Below are positions 43,912 through 53,819 of a DNA stretch of 64,000 bases, piece after piece; within the stretch, counting starts at the first letter, position 1, and each line of letters begins with the position of its first letter. The notes beneath the pieces were generated by a model. The model had not been told where the DNA came from. It saw only the letters and a list, made by a program, of their open reading frames with translations, and did not search any database. Origin of the DNA: a virus; IMG/VR virus record IMGVR_UViG_2884379107_000001; one strand, written 5' to 3'. Made by a program: the position numbers and the translations under genes.

Positions 43912-44400
43912 ATGATCATGCCGCCAACCCAGTTCTATGATTTCGGCCACTGGCTAACCTTCAACGAGTCGGTCAAATCCGCTACGGCCATTCGTAAAGG
44001 GATTGCCAATATACCAACGCCGTTGATTTATGCCAACATGGTGAAGGTCTACAAAGACTTTTACGAGCCCCTTTGTGAGCAATTTGGCAAACTACCGGTA
44101 TCGTCGTTTTACCGGTCCCCTGCTCTGAATGCGGCCATTGGTGGAGCATCCAAATCAGCCCACATGTACGGCTGCGCCATCGACATTGATTGTGATAGTT
44201 TACCGCTGGTCACCAATCTGCAAGTATTCAACTGGGCGCGGGCTCACCTCAAGTTCGATCAGCTGATTCTGGAGAATCCTGATGCGCATAACAATCCCGC
44301 CTGGGTGCATGTGGCCCATAACCGCGATGGCCAGCCGGATCGTAATCAGGTGCTGAAAATGATCTGGGTGAAGGGCAAACAAATTTATCAGGCTATTTGA
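43912..44400 (+). CDS. Endolysin, peptidase M15 family
   Basis: SSFYRSPALNAAIGGASKSAHMYGCAIDI...DQLILE...WVHV. Confidence 0.9.
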   Translation: MIMPPTQFYDFGHWLTFNESVKSATAIRKGIANIPTPLIYANMVKVYKDFYEPLCEQFGKLPVSSFYRSPALNAAIGGASKSAHMYGCAIDIDCDSLPLVTNLQVFNWARAHLKFDQLILENPDAHNNPAWVHVAHNRDGQPDRNQVLKMIWVKGKQIYQAI

Positions 44401-44424
44401 AAAAAGTAAGGTAAAGTAAGGTCT

Positions 44425-45117
44425 ATGACGGACATCCAGAGACGATTTGTCGAAGAATATACGAAAGATTGCAAGGGGGCAGCGGCAGCGATTCGGGCAG
44501 GGTATAGCAAAGCCACAGCCAAACAAACTGCGTGGGAACTCAAGCAAGATCCAGAGATTCAGGTGGCAATCAAAGAACGATTAGCGCTACTCACCATGAC
44601 CGCTGATGAGGCTACCAAGCACATCAGTGACATTGCGGGTACACGGCTAAATCAGTTCATGGTGATCAAAAAGGTTCTTCGCCGGGAAATGGTTCGCAAG
44701 CCCCTGAAGGCGATCATTAAAGAACTTGAAGCCAAGATAGCCTTTGAAGAGGAGTATGCACACCTGGCCGACCTCGACAAAAAAGAGCAGATAAAACACA
44801 AAGCCATTCAGAAAGAGCGGGAACGGGATCTGATCCGATTAAAGCTTGAACTCAAGGAAAAGCCCAAGGCCTACCGGGACGTCGAGGGCGAACCTCAGTG
44901 GGTGGAACGGGCCGAACTGGACCTGGTAGCGCTGGCCAAAGCCGAAGAGGAGGGCAACATCTTTGAGTTATCGTTCACCGAGTTTGGCCCCAAAGTAAAA
45001 ATGTATTCCGCAGCGGATGCCATGGAAACGATTCTAAAACTTAATGGCAAGCTGATCAATCGGCACGATCATACCAATAACGGCAAATCCTTTGGGGATT
45101 ATTTAATGGAATCATGA
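44425..45117 (+). CDS. terS: Terminase small subunit
   Basis: QRRFVEEY...AAAIRAGYSKATAKQTAWEL; upstream of TerL. Confidence 0.88.
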   Translation: MTDIQRRFVEEYTKDCKGAAAAIRAGYSKATAKQTAWELKQDPEIQVAIKERLALLTMTADEATKHISDIAGTRLNQFMVIKKVLRREMVRKPLKAIIKELEAKIAFEEEYAHLADLDKKEQIKHKAIQKERERDLIRLKLELKEKPKAYRDVEGEPQWVERAELDLVALAKAEEEGNIFELSFTEFGPKVKMYSAADAMETILKLNGKLINRHDHTNNGKSFGDYLMES

Positions 45118-46670
45118 GTAACGCGCAGGCCATCGACGAGAAAGCACGGCAACGGGTCCAGCACTGGAAACAGGATTGGTGCAAGTTTGCGCGTGAGGCC
45201 CTGGGCGTGAACCTCGACAAAGAACAGGAAGCCATCCTTTCCTCCGTTCAGTTCAACCCCCGTACCAGCGTGGCCAGTGGCACGGCACGGGGCAAAGACT
45301 TCGTAACGGCCGTGGCCGCGATCTGCTTCATGTACCTCACTCCCCGCTGGAATGCCAAACGGGAACTGATTGCCAACACCAAAGTGGCGCTGACGGCTCC
45401 CACCGATCGACAGGTGAAAAACATCATGATGCCCGAAATATCCCGACTCTACAACCGGGCGAAACGAAACGGCATTCACCTCCCCGGTCGCCTGAATGTC
45501 TATGATATTCGCACCGATTACGAGGAATGGTTTCTGACGGGCTTCAAGGCCTCTGAGCATGATCATGAAGCCTGGTCGGGTTTCCACGCGGTCAATACCA
45601 TGTTTGCCATTACGGAGGCTTCCGGTATTTCGGATGATACATTCGGCGCTATTGAAGGGAATTTGCAGGGTAATTCGAGAATCCTCCTCGTATTCAACCC
45701 AAACCAGACAACGGGCTATGCGGCTAAATCGCAGAAAGGCGAACGTTGGAGCAAGTTCCGGCTGTCTTCACTGACAGCACCCAACGTTGTCGAAAAACGG
45801 CAGGTCATTCCCGGTCAGGTCGATTACGAATGGATCAAGGATAAGCTCGAAAACTGGTGTGAGAAAATCCGGCCCGATGAGGTCGATGAAGCACAGGACG
45901 ATTTCGAGTTTGAAGGCCAGTGGTACCGGCCGGAAGATATTTTCCGGATCAAGGTACTGGGCAAATTCCCCAAAGTGGGCGAAGATAGCCTCATCCCTGA
46001 GCAGTGGATTGAACTGGCTCAGGAGCGGTGGAAAAAATACCACCGGACTTTCCGGGTCGATCAATATCCTGAACCTCTACGAAGAGGTGTTGATGTGGCG
46101 GGTATGGGCAGGGATTCGACTGTCGAATGTGATCGTTACGGCAACATTGTGAAGTCATTCCACAAGTCGAATTCAGGAGGTCGGGCCGATCACATGCAGA
46201 TTGCTGGTCGAACCGTATCTATGTTTCAATCTGATCCACGATCAACGGCCTACATCGATACGATTGGCGAAGGCGCTGGCGTGTATTCGAGACTGGATGA
46301 ATTGGGCTATCAGCACCGGGCTTTCTCCTGCAAGTTTTCTGAAGCTGCCAAGGATGAGTACGGCGAATACCTGACGGATATCACCGGTCAGCGCAAATTC
46401 GCCAACCTACGGGCTTACCTCTTCTGGGCCGTTCGGGACTGGCTCAATCCAAAGAATAACCAGAATGCCATGCTACCGCCCGGTGACAGCTTCAAGGAAG
46501 AGGCTACCGAAATTAAATACAAATGGCTATCCACGGGCCTCATCATTATGGAAGATAAGGAGGAAATCAAGAAACGATTAGGCCGCTCCATAGATGAGTT
46601 CGATGCCCTTGCCAATACGTTTTACCCATTTAAGCCATTCGTTGCTCAGGATTTGACTGGATATTTTTAA
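45114..46670 (+). CDS. terL: Terminase large subunit
   Basis: SGTARGKD P-loop, ITEASG Walker B, GVDVAGMGRD nuclease motif, RSIDEFDAL. Confidence 0.92.
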   Translation: MSNAQAIDEKARQRVQHWKQDWCKFAREALGVNLDKEQEAILSSVQFNPRTSVASGTARGKDFVTAVAAICFMYLTPRWNAKRELIANTKVALTAPTDRQVKNIMMPEISRLYNRAKRNGIHLPGRLNVYDIRTDYEEWFLTGFKASEHDHEAWSGFHAVNTMFAITEASGISDDTFGAIEGNLQGNSRILLVFNPNQTTGYAAKSQKGERWSKFRLSSLTAPNVVEKRQVIPGQVDYEWIKDKLENWCEKIRPDEVDEAQDDFEFEGQWYRPEDIFRIKVLGKFPKVGEDSLIPEQWIELAQERWKKYHRTFRVDQYPEPLRRGVDVAGMGRDSTVECDRYGNIVKSFHKSNSGGRADHMQIAGRTVSMFQSDPRSTAYIDTIGEGAGVYSRLDELGYQHRAFSCKFSEAAKDEYGEYLTDITGQRKFANLRAYLFWAVRDWLNPKNNQNAMLPPGDSFKEEATEIKYKWLSTGLIIMEDKEEIKKRLGRSIDEFDALANTFYPFKPFVAQDLTGYF

Positions 46671-46681
46671 TAAAACAGACT

Positions 46682-48130
46682 ATGAATTTAACCGAATTAC
46701 GTACAGCCCTAGCCGTTGTTTCCGGTCAAGCTCTCGACATTCCGAAGGTAATCGAGATCCTTAAAGCCAAACAGACGCCGTTGGATATAAAGGATTTTAT
46801 TAAGCAGTACAGTCCATCCGGTCACAAGGCACTTGACCCTGTCTATCGAAAAGATAAGATAATCAAAAAGCCCACTGGTGAAATAAAAGATGGAGTAGAG
46901 GTAGTAACCTCCGATACCGTCAAGGTTAACCGGCAGGTGTTCCCCCTGCAAAAGCTGATCGTCGAGCGGGCTGTATCCTTTCTGTTTGGCAATCCGGTCA
47001 AAATCAATAGTGAGGGCAAAACCGATAAAGAAAAAAAGGTAGTAGCTGCACTGACCCGGATCCTGTATGACAATAAGATCAATTCGTTCAACCGGCGGAT
47101 TGCCCGTGAGATGTTCCGCTCCACGCAGGTAGCCGAGTGCTGGTTTCCGGTAGAAGGGTCCGAAACCCATAGTGACTACGGATTTGATACCAAATTCAAA
47201 ATGCGGGTCACGGCCTTTAATCCGTGGGATGGCAATGAATTCTATCCACTCTATGATGAAACCGGGGATTTGATTGCCTTCAGTCGACTGTTTGTTCGAA
47301 TGAACGATGAGGGCCAAAAGGTAACCCATTTTGAGACGTACACGGCTGAGGAGAAGATTGCCTTTAAGCAGGAAGGTGGCACCTGGGAACAGACCGAGCG
47401 TACGGTGAATGTCATCAAGAAAATCCCCGTCATTTATGGCCATCAGGAACAGGTTGAATGGCAGGATGTGCAGTGGTCGATTGAGCGGCTGGAATACCTG
47501 CTTTCCAATTTTGCCGATACCAATGATTACCATGCTGCGCCCAAAATCTTTATCGAAGGCAAAATTGCCGGGTTTGGCCAGAAGGGTGAACCAGGACAGA
47601 TTTTACAGGGGGAAAAAGACAGTAAAGCCTATTACCTCAGCTGGAACCATGCCACGGATGCGGTAAAGCTGGAGATCGAAACACTGCTTCGATTTATATT
47701 TTCCTTTACCCAAACACCTGATATCAGCTTTGATAGCGTGAAAGGATTACGGGAAATTTCGGGCGAAGCCTTGAAAATGCTCTTTCTGGATGCTCACCTG
47801 AAAGTTCAGAACAAGCGGGAGGTATTTGATGAATACCTGCAACGGCGGATCAATATCATTAAATCCTTCATTGCCTACATGAGTATTGACCTGAAAAAGG
47901 AAGCCTCCACATTGGCAATTGAGCCGGAAATTCAGCCGTTTATCATCAACGATGAAAAAGCTATGATTGAGAACCTAATGACGGCCACAGGTAACCAGCC
48001 CATCCTTTCCCAGAAAACAGCGATTGCCAAATCAGGCCTTGTTGATGATGTTGAGGCTGAATATAAATTGATTCAGGAAGAGGAAACACGGGCCAAATCA
48101 TTCGATATCCTAAACCCAATAGGTGCCTGA
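46682..48130 (+). CDS. Portal protein (SPP1 gp6-like)
   Basis: LIVERAVSFLFGNPV...SNFADTNDYHAAP...TPDISFDSVKG...SGEALK. Confidence 0.92.
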   Translation: MNLTELRTALAVVSGQALDIPKVIEILKAKQTPLDIKDFIKQYSPSGHKALDPVYRKDKIIKKPTGEIKDGVEVVTSDTVKVNRQVFPLQKLIVERAVSFLFGNPVKINSEGKTDKEKKVVAALTRILYDNKINSFNRRIAREMFRSTQVAECWFPVEGSETHSDYGFDTKFKMRVTAFNPWDGNEFYPLYDETGDLIAFSRLFVRMNDEGQKVTHFETYTAEEKIAFKQEGGTWEQTERTVNVIKKIPVIYGHQEQVEWQDVQWSIERLEYLLSNFADTNDYHAAPKIFIEGKIAGFGQKGEPGQILQGEKDSKAYYLSWNHATDAVKLEIETLLRFIFSFTQTPDISFDSVKGLREISGEALKMLFLDAHLKVQNKREVFDEYLQRRINIIKSFIAYMSIDLKKEASTLAIEPEIQPFIINDEKAMIENLMTATGNQPILSQKTAIAKSGLVDDVEAEYKLIQEEETRAKSFDILNPIGA

Positions 48131-49920
48131 TGAGTAGTCGTAAATTCTCCATCACCGACTGGAACAACCGGCACTTCAAACAGGTCGAAGACTATGCCCG
48201 GCGCATCGACCTCATCTACCTGACGGCCGTGCAGGAGGCTGTTCAGATTGCCCAATCGGTCGAGGAGAATCCGGATAAGCAATTCTCGTTCGATGATTAC
48301 CCCCGCACCAAAGATAGGATTGATAGCCTCATCCAGCGCATGGCCCTGAACATGATCCTGACCATCGACACCGGCATGGTGGCCGAATGGGGACTGGCCA
48401 ACGATCAGAATGACGCCCTGATCGAATCGGTTTTCTCCTCAACTCCTCAACCCCGGCAGAAAACTGAACCGGTTACCCCACCGGCCCGCTATCTGGATCG
48501 AAATGAAGAGGCATTGAAGGCTTTCCGAATTCAGAAGGTGGGCGGCATGACGCTATCAGATCGGGTGTGGAACTACACCAGTCAGTTCAAAGGCGAACTG
48601 GAGATGGCCATTGACGTGGGACTGGGGCAAGGTCGTTCGGCGGCTCAGCTGAGCATGGACATCCGCAAATACCTCAACAAACCCGACCGGCTGTTTCGAA
48701 AAGTCCGTGACAAGCGAGGTAATCTGGGACTTTCGAAGGTAGCCAAAAACTACCATCCGGGTCAGGGCATCTACCGATCGTCTTACAAAAATGCGATGCG
48801 CTTAACCCGTACAGAAATCAATTCTGCCTACCGGGAGGCTGATCACCTCAGGTACCAACAACTCGACTTTGTTGTCGGTATTGAAGTACGAAGGTCAAAC
48901 CACGTATTCAGTTGTGATGTGTGTGAATCGCTTAAAGGGCGATATCCGAAGACGTTCAAATTCAAAGGCTGGCACCAACAATGTCGATGCCATGCTATCT
49001 CCATTCTGGCCACACCAGAGGAGTTGCAGAAACTGACGGGCATGATCCTGAACGGTGAGGATCCATCTACGTTACGCAGCGTGAATGAAATCACGGATTT
49101 ACCCGAAGGATTTACCAGGTGGGTTAGCGACAATCAGGATCGGTTGAACCGGGCCAAACAGGTACCCTACTTTATCTCCGATAACTTTAAAAACCGGGAT
49201 TTATCAAAAGCGACGTTCACGAGAGTTCTGCCCAAAGCAGACCCAAAAGCCATTGACCTATCGAAGTTCATTGCGGGGGATGTGCCCACCAATAAGGAAC
49301 TAAAAGCGGTGATCATGGAGTTTGCCCGGACGCATCCCGAGAATTTCCGGAGTGGTCTGGAATCGGTCAGCATCCTGCATTCCAAATCGTATCTGTTGCA
49401 GCATAGCCAGTTGTATACTCCCTACACCAATCAATGGAAGGGTCAATCGACAATATCCATCAGTACCCATAGTTTTAGCCTGGGTGGTAGTACCTTCAAT
49501 CCAGCGGAGGAATTGCGGGGAGCCTTTGGCGCCATGAAAGCCCAAACGCCACTTACCTTCAATCAGGAATATGCGGTGGAAGGGTTGTGGCACGAAATCT
49601 TACACGCCAAGAGCAAAACCCCACCGCGTAAGCTGAATAAGTATGCCCTTCAGGATATGGAAACGCTGAATCAGTTTACGGCCCGTCACACCTACGATGA
49701 GTTTCTGAAACCCTTTGGTGTGAAGCCAATTCACAAAACCGATATTCTGGATAAGGGATATGGCTACAGCAACTGGGTAACTAATATTCGCTCTACCATC
49801 GCCAAGCGTGGACTCAGTGAGCAGCAGGTCGTTTCTGATTTATTGCCCATTCTGCTGGGCGATTATGCAGCCATCAGCAAAGGAATGGCCGACTACTTTA
49901 AGAAGCATCCTCTTCGATAA
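48130..49920 (+). CDS. Head morphogenesis protein (MuF/SPP1 gp7-like) with a C-terminal HExxH extension
   Basis: NAMRLTRTEINSAY...CDVCESLKGRYPK...GWHQQCRC, then a further approximately 230 aa containing HEILH (49591-49605). Confidence 0.85.
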   Translation: MSSRKFSITDWNNRHFKQVEDYARRIDLIYLTAVQEAVQIAQSVEENPDKQFSFDDYPRTKDRIDSLIQRMALNMILTIDTGMVAEWGLANDQNDALIESVFSSTPQPRQKTEPVTPPARYLDRNEEALKAFRIQKVGGMTLSDRVWNYTSQFKGELEMAIDVGLGQGRSAAQLSMDIRKYLNKPDRLFRKVRDKRGNLGLSKVAKNYHPGQGIYRSSYKNAMRLTRTEINSAYREADHLRYQQLDFVVGIEVRRSNHVFSCDVCESLKGRYPKTFKFKGWHQQCRCHAISILATPEELQKLTGMILNGEDPSTLRSVNEITDLPEGFTRWVSDNQDRLNRAKQVPYFISDNFKNRDLSKATFTRVLPKADPKAIDLSKFIAGDVPTNKELKAVIMEFARTHPENFRSGLESVSILHSKSYLLQHSQLYTPYTNQWKGQSTISISTHSFSLGGSTFNPAEELRGAFGAMKAQTPLTFNQEYAVEGLWHEILHAKSKTPPRKLNKYALQDMETLNQFTARHTYDEFLKPFGVKPIHKTDILDKGYGYSNWVTNIRSTIAKRGLSEQQVVSDLLPILLGDYAAISKGMADYFKKHPLR

Positions 49921-50191
49921 CATAATCGAATCCCAGCCGGTATTGCTGGGCTAGTTCGGGTACCTGACTCCAGTACTGTTCGGTTTTGGCGGCATCACCC
50001 CGAAAGTCGTACAATAAGCCTAGGTCAAATAATGCACCCTCGGCGCTAATCGTAGCCTGGTAACCCTGCGCAGTCAACGGATCCGGAAATTCCAGACCGT
50101 GGCGAAGGCTCAGCGAAAAGCTGGCCAGAAAGCCTAACTCGTCGATTTCGTCGGGCGTGAGGTTGTGATCAAATACGGTTTCCATATTCAC
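49898..50191 (-). CDS. Small hypothetical protein convergent with MuF (immunity candidate)
   Basis: METVFDHNLTPDEID...; overlaps the MuF 3' end by 23 nt. Confidence 0.65.
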   Translation of the reverse strand: MNMETVFDHNLTPDEIDELGFLASFSLSLRHGLEFPDPLTAQGYQATISAEGALFDLGLLYDFRGDAAKTEQYWSQVPELAQQYRLGFDYVIEEDAS

Positions 50192-50525
50192 TAAGTGATT
50201 TGTTTCGCCTAAATCGTCTACTATCTTCCTCTAATTCAACAATACCTGTTACACAACACTCCTGAAAAATAGCTTCCAGAATGACCACTTCCCGCTCATC
50301 AAAATAGCCACCCTGTGGATTCTCCCAAATCACATTGGACACATCCCTGTTTTGTCCATTATCATCCAGCTGACGAAGCTGTTTCGATTGGAGACGTTTC
50401 AATCGGTACTTTCCAACCTGCATGATGCAACGTGTTACCGGGCCTAAATCATCTAGTTCAACCAGCTTAACGTGCGGGCGTAGCTGGGTGATTGGACTTG
50501 CGAGGAGGTCAAATACAGTTTCCAT
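50169..50525 (-). CDS. Hypothetical protein sharing the METVFD start with the downstream gene
   Basis: 118-aa ORF. Confidence 0.55.
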   Translation of the reverse strand: METVFDLLASPITQLRPHVKLVELDDLGPVTRCIMQVGKYRLKRLQSKQLRQLDDNGQNRDVSNVIWENPQGGYFDEREVVILEAIFQECCVTGIVELEEDSRRFRRNKSLSEYGNRI

Positions 50526-50529
50526 ACAA

Positions 50530-50808
50530 CTATCCTTTTAAGGGTACACCCAATAACACCTTATGCGAACATTCACCTAACAGGTAATCCACGGCGAGTA
50601 CTGCAATGGCTCTGCCCTGCTGTGTCCTGAGTTTATCAATCCCATCGTAATTCTCCCGGCCTTCCACCAGAATGTTCACCGCTTCGGTGTAGCCTTCATG
50701 CACAGCCCGGTTTATGGGCTTATCCATGGCAGGCTGTTTGAGCCGCTTTTGCAGATCCTGAATCGTGTTTCTGATCTGGGTTTCCGTGGGTTTTATCGCT
50801 GCTTCCAT
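50530..50808 (-). CDS. Hypothetical protein
   Basis: 92-aa ORF in the small-gene cluster. Confidence 0.6.
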   Translation of the reverse strand: MEAAIKPTETQIRNTIQDLQKRLKQPAMDKPINRAVHEGYTEAVNILVEGRENYDGIDKLRTQQGRAIAVLAVDYLLGECSHKVLLGVPLKG

Positions 50809-51076
50809 CTGGAATAATTATTGTGATATTGATATAATCCATAAAAGGATCCTGCTTAATGAGTTTATGGCGAATACCAGTCGCATCAAGTTCCGACCTT
50901 AATTCGGCAATTCGGCGAGGTGTATCTTCGACACCATACAACACAATTTCACTCTTCGATTCATCATAATGCCCTAACTTATAGCCACCTGCCTGTTTGG
51001 GGTCCAAATATTGTTCATCCAAATCAAGTACCTTCTCAAGTAGACGCGAGAAGGGTTTTATCGCTGTATCGTCCAT
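50720..51076 (-). CDS. Hypothetical protein sharing an AIKP start segment with the downstream gene
   Basis: 118 aa; runs 89 nt into the next gene. Confidence 0.5.
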   Translation of the reverse strand: MDDTAIKPFSRLLEKVLDLDEQYLDPKQAGGYKLGHYDESKSEIVLYGVEDTPRRIAELRSELDATGIRHKLIKQDPFMDYINITIIIPDGSSDKTHGNPDQKHDSGSAKAAQTACHG

Positions 51077-51089
51077 ACTATAAAGTTAC

Positions 51090-51323
51090 CTAATTATCGT
51101 GACTGGGATAGCCCACAAACGTAGCCTGGTGATTGTAGTCTATGATCATAATCATGTACTTCAAATCTTCTAACGTGGTGATCATCGGACTAAATCCGTG
51201 AAAGTGAAACGTGCCCGTATCGGCTTGCAATCGACCCGTCACGCCCTTATAAACGTAGCGTTGGGGACGGTTGAAGAGTTCAGTAAAGCCCAAGTCAAGC
51301 AGGGCCGTATGCGTAATGGACAT
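51090..51323 (-). CDS. Hypothetical protein
   Basis: 77-aa coupled ORF. Confidence 0.55.
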   Translation of the reverse strand: MSITHTALLDLGFTELFNRPQRYVYKGVTGRLQADTGTFHFHGFSPMITTLEDLKYMIMIIDYNHQATFVGYPSHDN

Positions 51324-51550
51324 TAAAGATTACCCTTAGTTTTTTGCTCCAGTTCATGCACGATAATGGCCAGCTTTAACCACCGAGGGAACTGCTCAGA
51401 ATTGACAACCATATTCACACTCTTGGGTGTATTGCCAATCATAAAGGCAACATCGGAATCGGTCCACCCATAGTATTTCTTCATTTTAGCGTATCGTTCC
51501 TTCCAGGTCAGCATCGTAAGCAAATGTAGTAATCCTTTCCCAAATACCAA
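51323..51550 (-). CDS. Small HTH-like protein (start uncertain)
   Basis: KKYYGWTDSDVAFMIGNTPKSV. Confidence 0.55.
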   Translation of the reverse strand: MVFGKGLLHLLTMLTWKERYAKMKKYYGWTDSDVAFMIGNTPKSVNMVVNSEQFPRWLKLAIIVHELEQKTKGNL

Positions 51551-51607
51551 TATATATTGGTATTTATTTTGCTATTTTGGGGTAAAAATATTCCTAGCTC
51601 CTATTTC

Positions 51608-51796
51608 CTATCCATCCGCCACTTTCTTCACCTGATCCGGCGATACATTCTTTACCTCCCCCTTTCCATCGAGCTTGACTGAGATGCGCCCGGATTCGGT
51701 CCACCTTAGCACCGTTCCTTTCTGGGTGCCCCGGTAGTAGCCCTGCACCCGGATTTCCACACTGACCCGATCACCGGGTGAAATGACTGGCTTCAT
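51608..51796 (-). CDS. Small SH3/KOW-like protein
   Basis: [14 protein letters not shown]...[19 protein letters not shown]; ATGA overlap with the umuC stop. Confidence 0.6.
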   Translation of the reverse strand: MKPVISPGDRVSVEIRVQGYYRGTQKGTVLRWTESGRISVKLDGKGEVKNVSPDQVKKVADG

Positions 51797-53076
51797 CGTA
51801 CGGTCAGGATTTCTTTCCAATCAGTTGTATAACGTTTCGACAGGTATTCCTGCTTCATGGGCCAATCCGGATTGTAGAGTTGGGAACCAAGCCGCAGTTT
51901 GTCCTGTCCAAAGCGACGGTTAAGTTTATCAACGACCGCAGCCAGTTTGATCATCCGCTCATCGGGACCATCAATAAAAATGCCCCGTTGTCGGTAATCA
52001 CTGGGTACCAGATTGGTCAGGATAATGCCTACTTTCTGGAAGTTATAGCCATATTGGAAGATGGCCTTCAGCGACGCCTGGGCATAGCGGTTCAGCTCCG
52101 CCGTCGAACTGGTCGGATGAGGAAGCTCTACAGTTCGTGAATTGTAATACTGCCTGGCGGGCAATCCATTACCGGGCGTTTTTCGATAGCGATCCGTATG
52201 CAGAAAGACGGTGATAGTACCACAGAGCGAATCCTGACGGCGCAGTTTCTCACCCGCGCGGGTGAGATGAGCGGTCAGTGCATCGGCAATCGTTTCCAGA
52301 TCAGGAATTAATTTGCCAAAACTGGGAGCGGCACAGATGGCTTTTTTGGGCGGTGGATTCACTTCGAGCAGCTTGCAGGGAAAGCCCCGCAGTTCATGCA
52401 CCAGGCGAAGCCCGTTGACGGTCATGATCTTATTGATCCATTCGTCATTCACATCCCGAAGCTGGGCCGCCGTCGAGACACCATGCGATTTTAACGCTCT
52501 GGCATAGCGGTAACCAACACCCCACAGATCATCAATGGCGTACCCAGCCAGAGCCTCACTAATTTCCTCCTCGCCTGACAACACGCATACACCATGTAGT
52601 TCCGGGCGTTTCTTGGCGATGCGGTTAGCCACCTTGGCGAGTGTTTTGGTGGGGCCAAAGCCGATGCAAACCGGAATGCGGAGCCACTGTTTGACTGTAT
52701 CCCGAATGGATTGACCCAGGCCTGTATACGATGGATAGATACTATCATAGCCGTCGATTTGCAGGAAGGCTTCGTCGATTGAATACACCTCGACGTCCTC
52801 TACGAACCGGGCCAGTGTGCTCATTAGCCGGGCTGACATATCGCCATACAGGGTGTAGTTACTACTGAATACCTGAATATCATGCTGCTCCCGCAGGTCA
52901 GCCGTCTGGAAATAGGGAGTGCCCATCTTAATGCCCAGCGCCTTGGCTTCGTTACTTCGGGCCACTACGCACCCATCCCGGTTCGAGAGCACAATCACGG
53001 GCTTGCCTTCCAGGGCCGGATTGAAGCTACGCTCACAACTCACGTACATATTGTTGGCATCGACCAGGGCGAACAT
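51793..53076 (-). CDS. umuC: Y-family DNA polymerase V catalytic subunit
   Basis: [47 protein letters not shown]-terminal [10 protein letters not shown]. Confidence 0.95.
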   Translation of the reverse strand: MFALVDANNMYVSCERSFNPALEGKPVIVLSNRDGCVVARSNEAKALGIKMGTPYFQTADLREQHDIQVFSSNYTLYGDMSARLMSTLARFVEDVEVYSIDEAFLQIDGYDSIYPSYTGLGQSIRDTVKQWLRIPVCIGFGPTKTLAKVANRIAKKRPELHGVCVLSGEEEISEALAGYAIDDLWGVGYRYARALKSHGVSTAAQLRDVNDEWINKIMTVNGLRLVHELRGFPCKLLEVNPPPKKAICAAPSFGKLIPDLETIADALTAHLTRAGEKLRRQDSLCGTITVFLHTDRYRKTPGNGLPARQYYNSRTVELPHPTSSTAELNRYAQASLKAIFQYGYNFQKVGIILTNLVPSDYRQRGIFIDGPDERMIKLAAVVDKLNRRFGQDKLRLGSQLYNPDWPMKQEYLSKRYTTDWKEILTVR

Positions 53077-53078
53077 GG

Positions 53079-53543
53079 CTAGAACTTTTGCAGGTTGAAC
53101 GTAACGACTCCCAGTACACTAAAATTCTCCCCTGGGTGTACGTAGATGGGTAAGTACCGGGGATTGGAGGACTCCAAGACAATTAGCTTATCGACATACC
53201 GAATCCGCTTGACGGCGTGGCCCCCGTCGTACCAGACAATGACGATCTTGCCATCGGCGGGCGGGCGGGAACAATCCACAATCAGCACATCGCCCGGCTC
53301 GATGCGGTCACCCGTCATCGAATCCCCCGTGACCCTGACGAAGTAGGTCGCTTCGGCATTGGTAATGCAGAGGTCATTCAGATCACAGACCTTCTCGATG
53401 TAATTCTCAGCGGGACTTGGAAAACCACCTTGTACCAGACTGGAAAAAAAGGGAATCAAGTATCTGGATGAAGCTGTTGCCTTCACCATATCCCCTTCCT
53501 CAATATGGTCTATGTGGTCTATCATAGCGGTGTCAAAAATCAA
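53079..53543 (-). CDS. umuD: UmuD / S24 peptidase
   Basis: [10 protein letters not shown]...RVTGDSM...AVKRI. Confidence 0.92.
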   Translation of the reverse strand: MIFDTAMIDHIDHIEEGDMVKATASSRYLIPFFSSLVQGGFPSPAENYIEKVCDLNDLCITNAEATYFVRVTGDSMTGDRIEPGDVLIVDCSRPPADGKIVIVWYDGGHAVKRIRYVDKLIVLESSNPRYLPIYVHPGENFSVLGVVTFNLQKF

Positions 53544-53819
53544 TCAACCGCTATATTATACTTTTGTTATATATGTTGCAAATCAAATACAATAAACTGT
53601 CTATTTAGTTATCGACGAACTAGGACTTCCTAACACAAAAAATGCTGACCCCATCAGAATCAGCATTTCTAGTATTCACCCTCCCTAGAGTGAAGTATTG
53701 ATGAGTGACCACTATCGGTCAGGCTTTTAGCATTTATAGGTTACTTTTTGGAGAAAGTACCTTTTTGACGAAGAGTTGGTAAAAGGTAACAACTTTTGTC
53801 TCGCAGCTAGACTACACTA

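Noticed and set aside
44403-44422. AAAGTAAGGT direct repeat before terS
   Set aside because: Only two 10-bp copies in an A-rich leader; too weak to call.
45114-46670. Intron or intein in the terminase
   Set aside because: The ORF is uninterrupted, of normal length, and has no intein motifs.
53544-53819. att site for the internal integrase
   Set aside because: No tRNA fragment or core sequence duplicated elsewhere in the window could be identified by eye.
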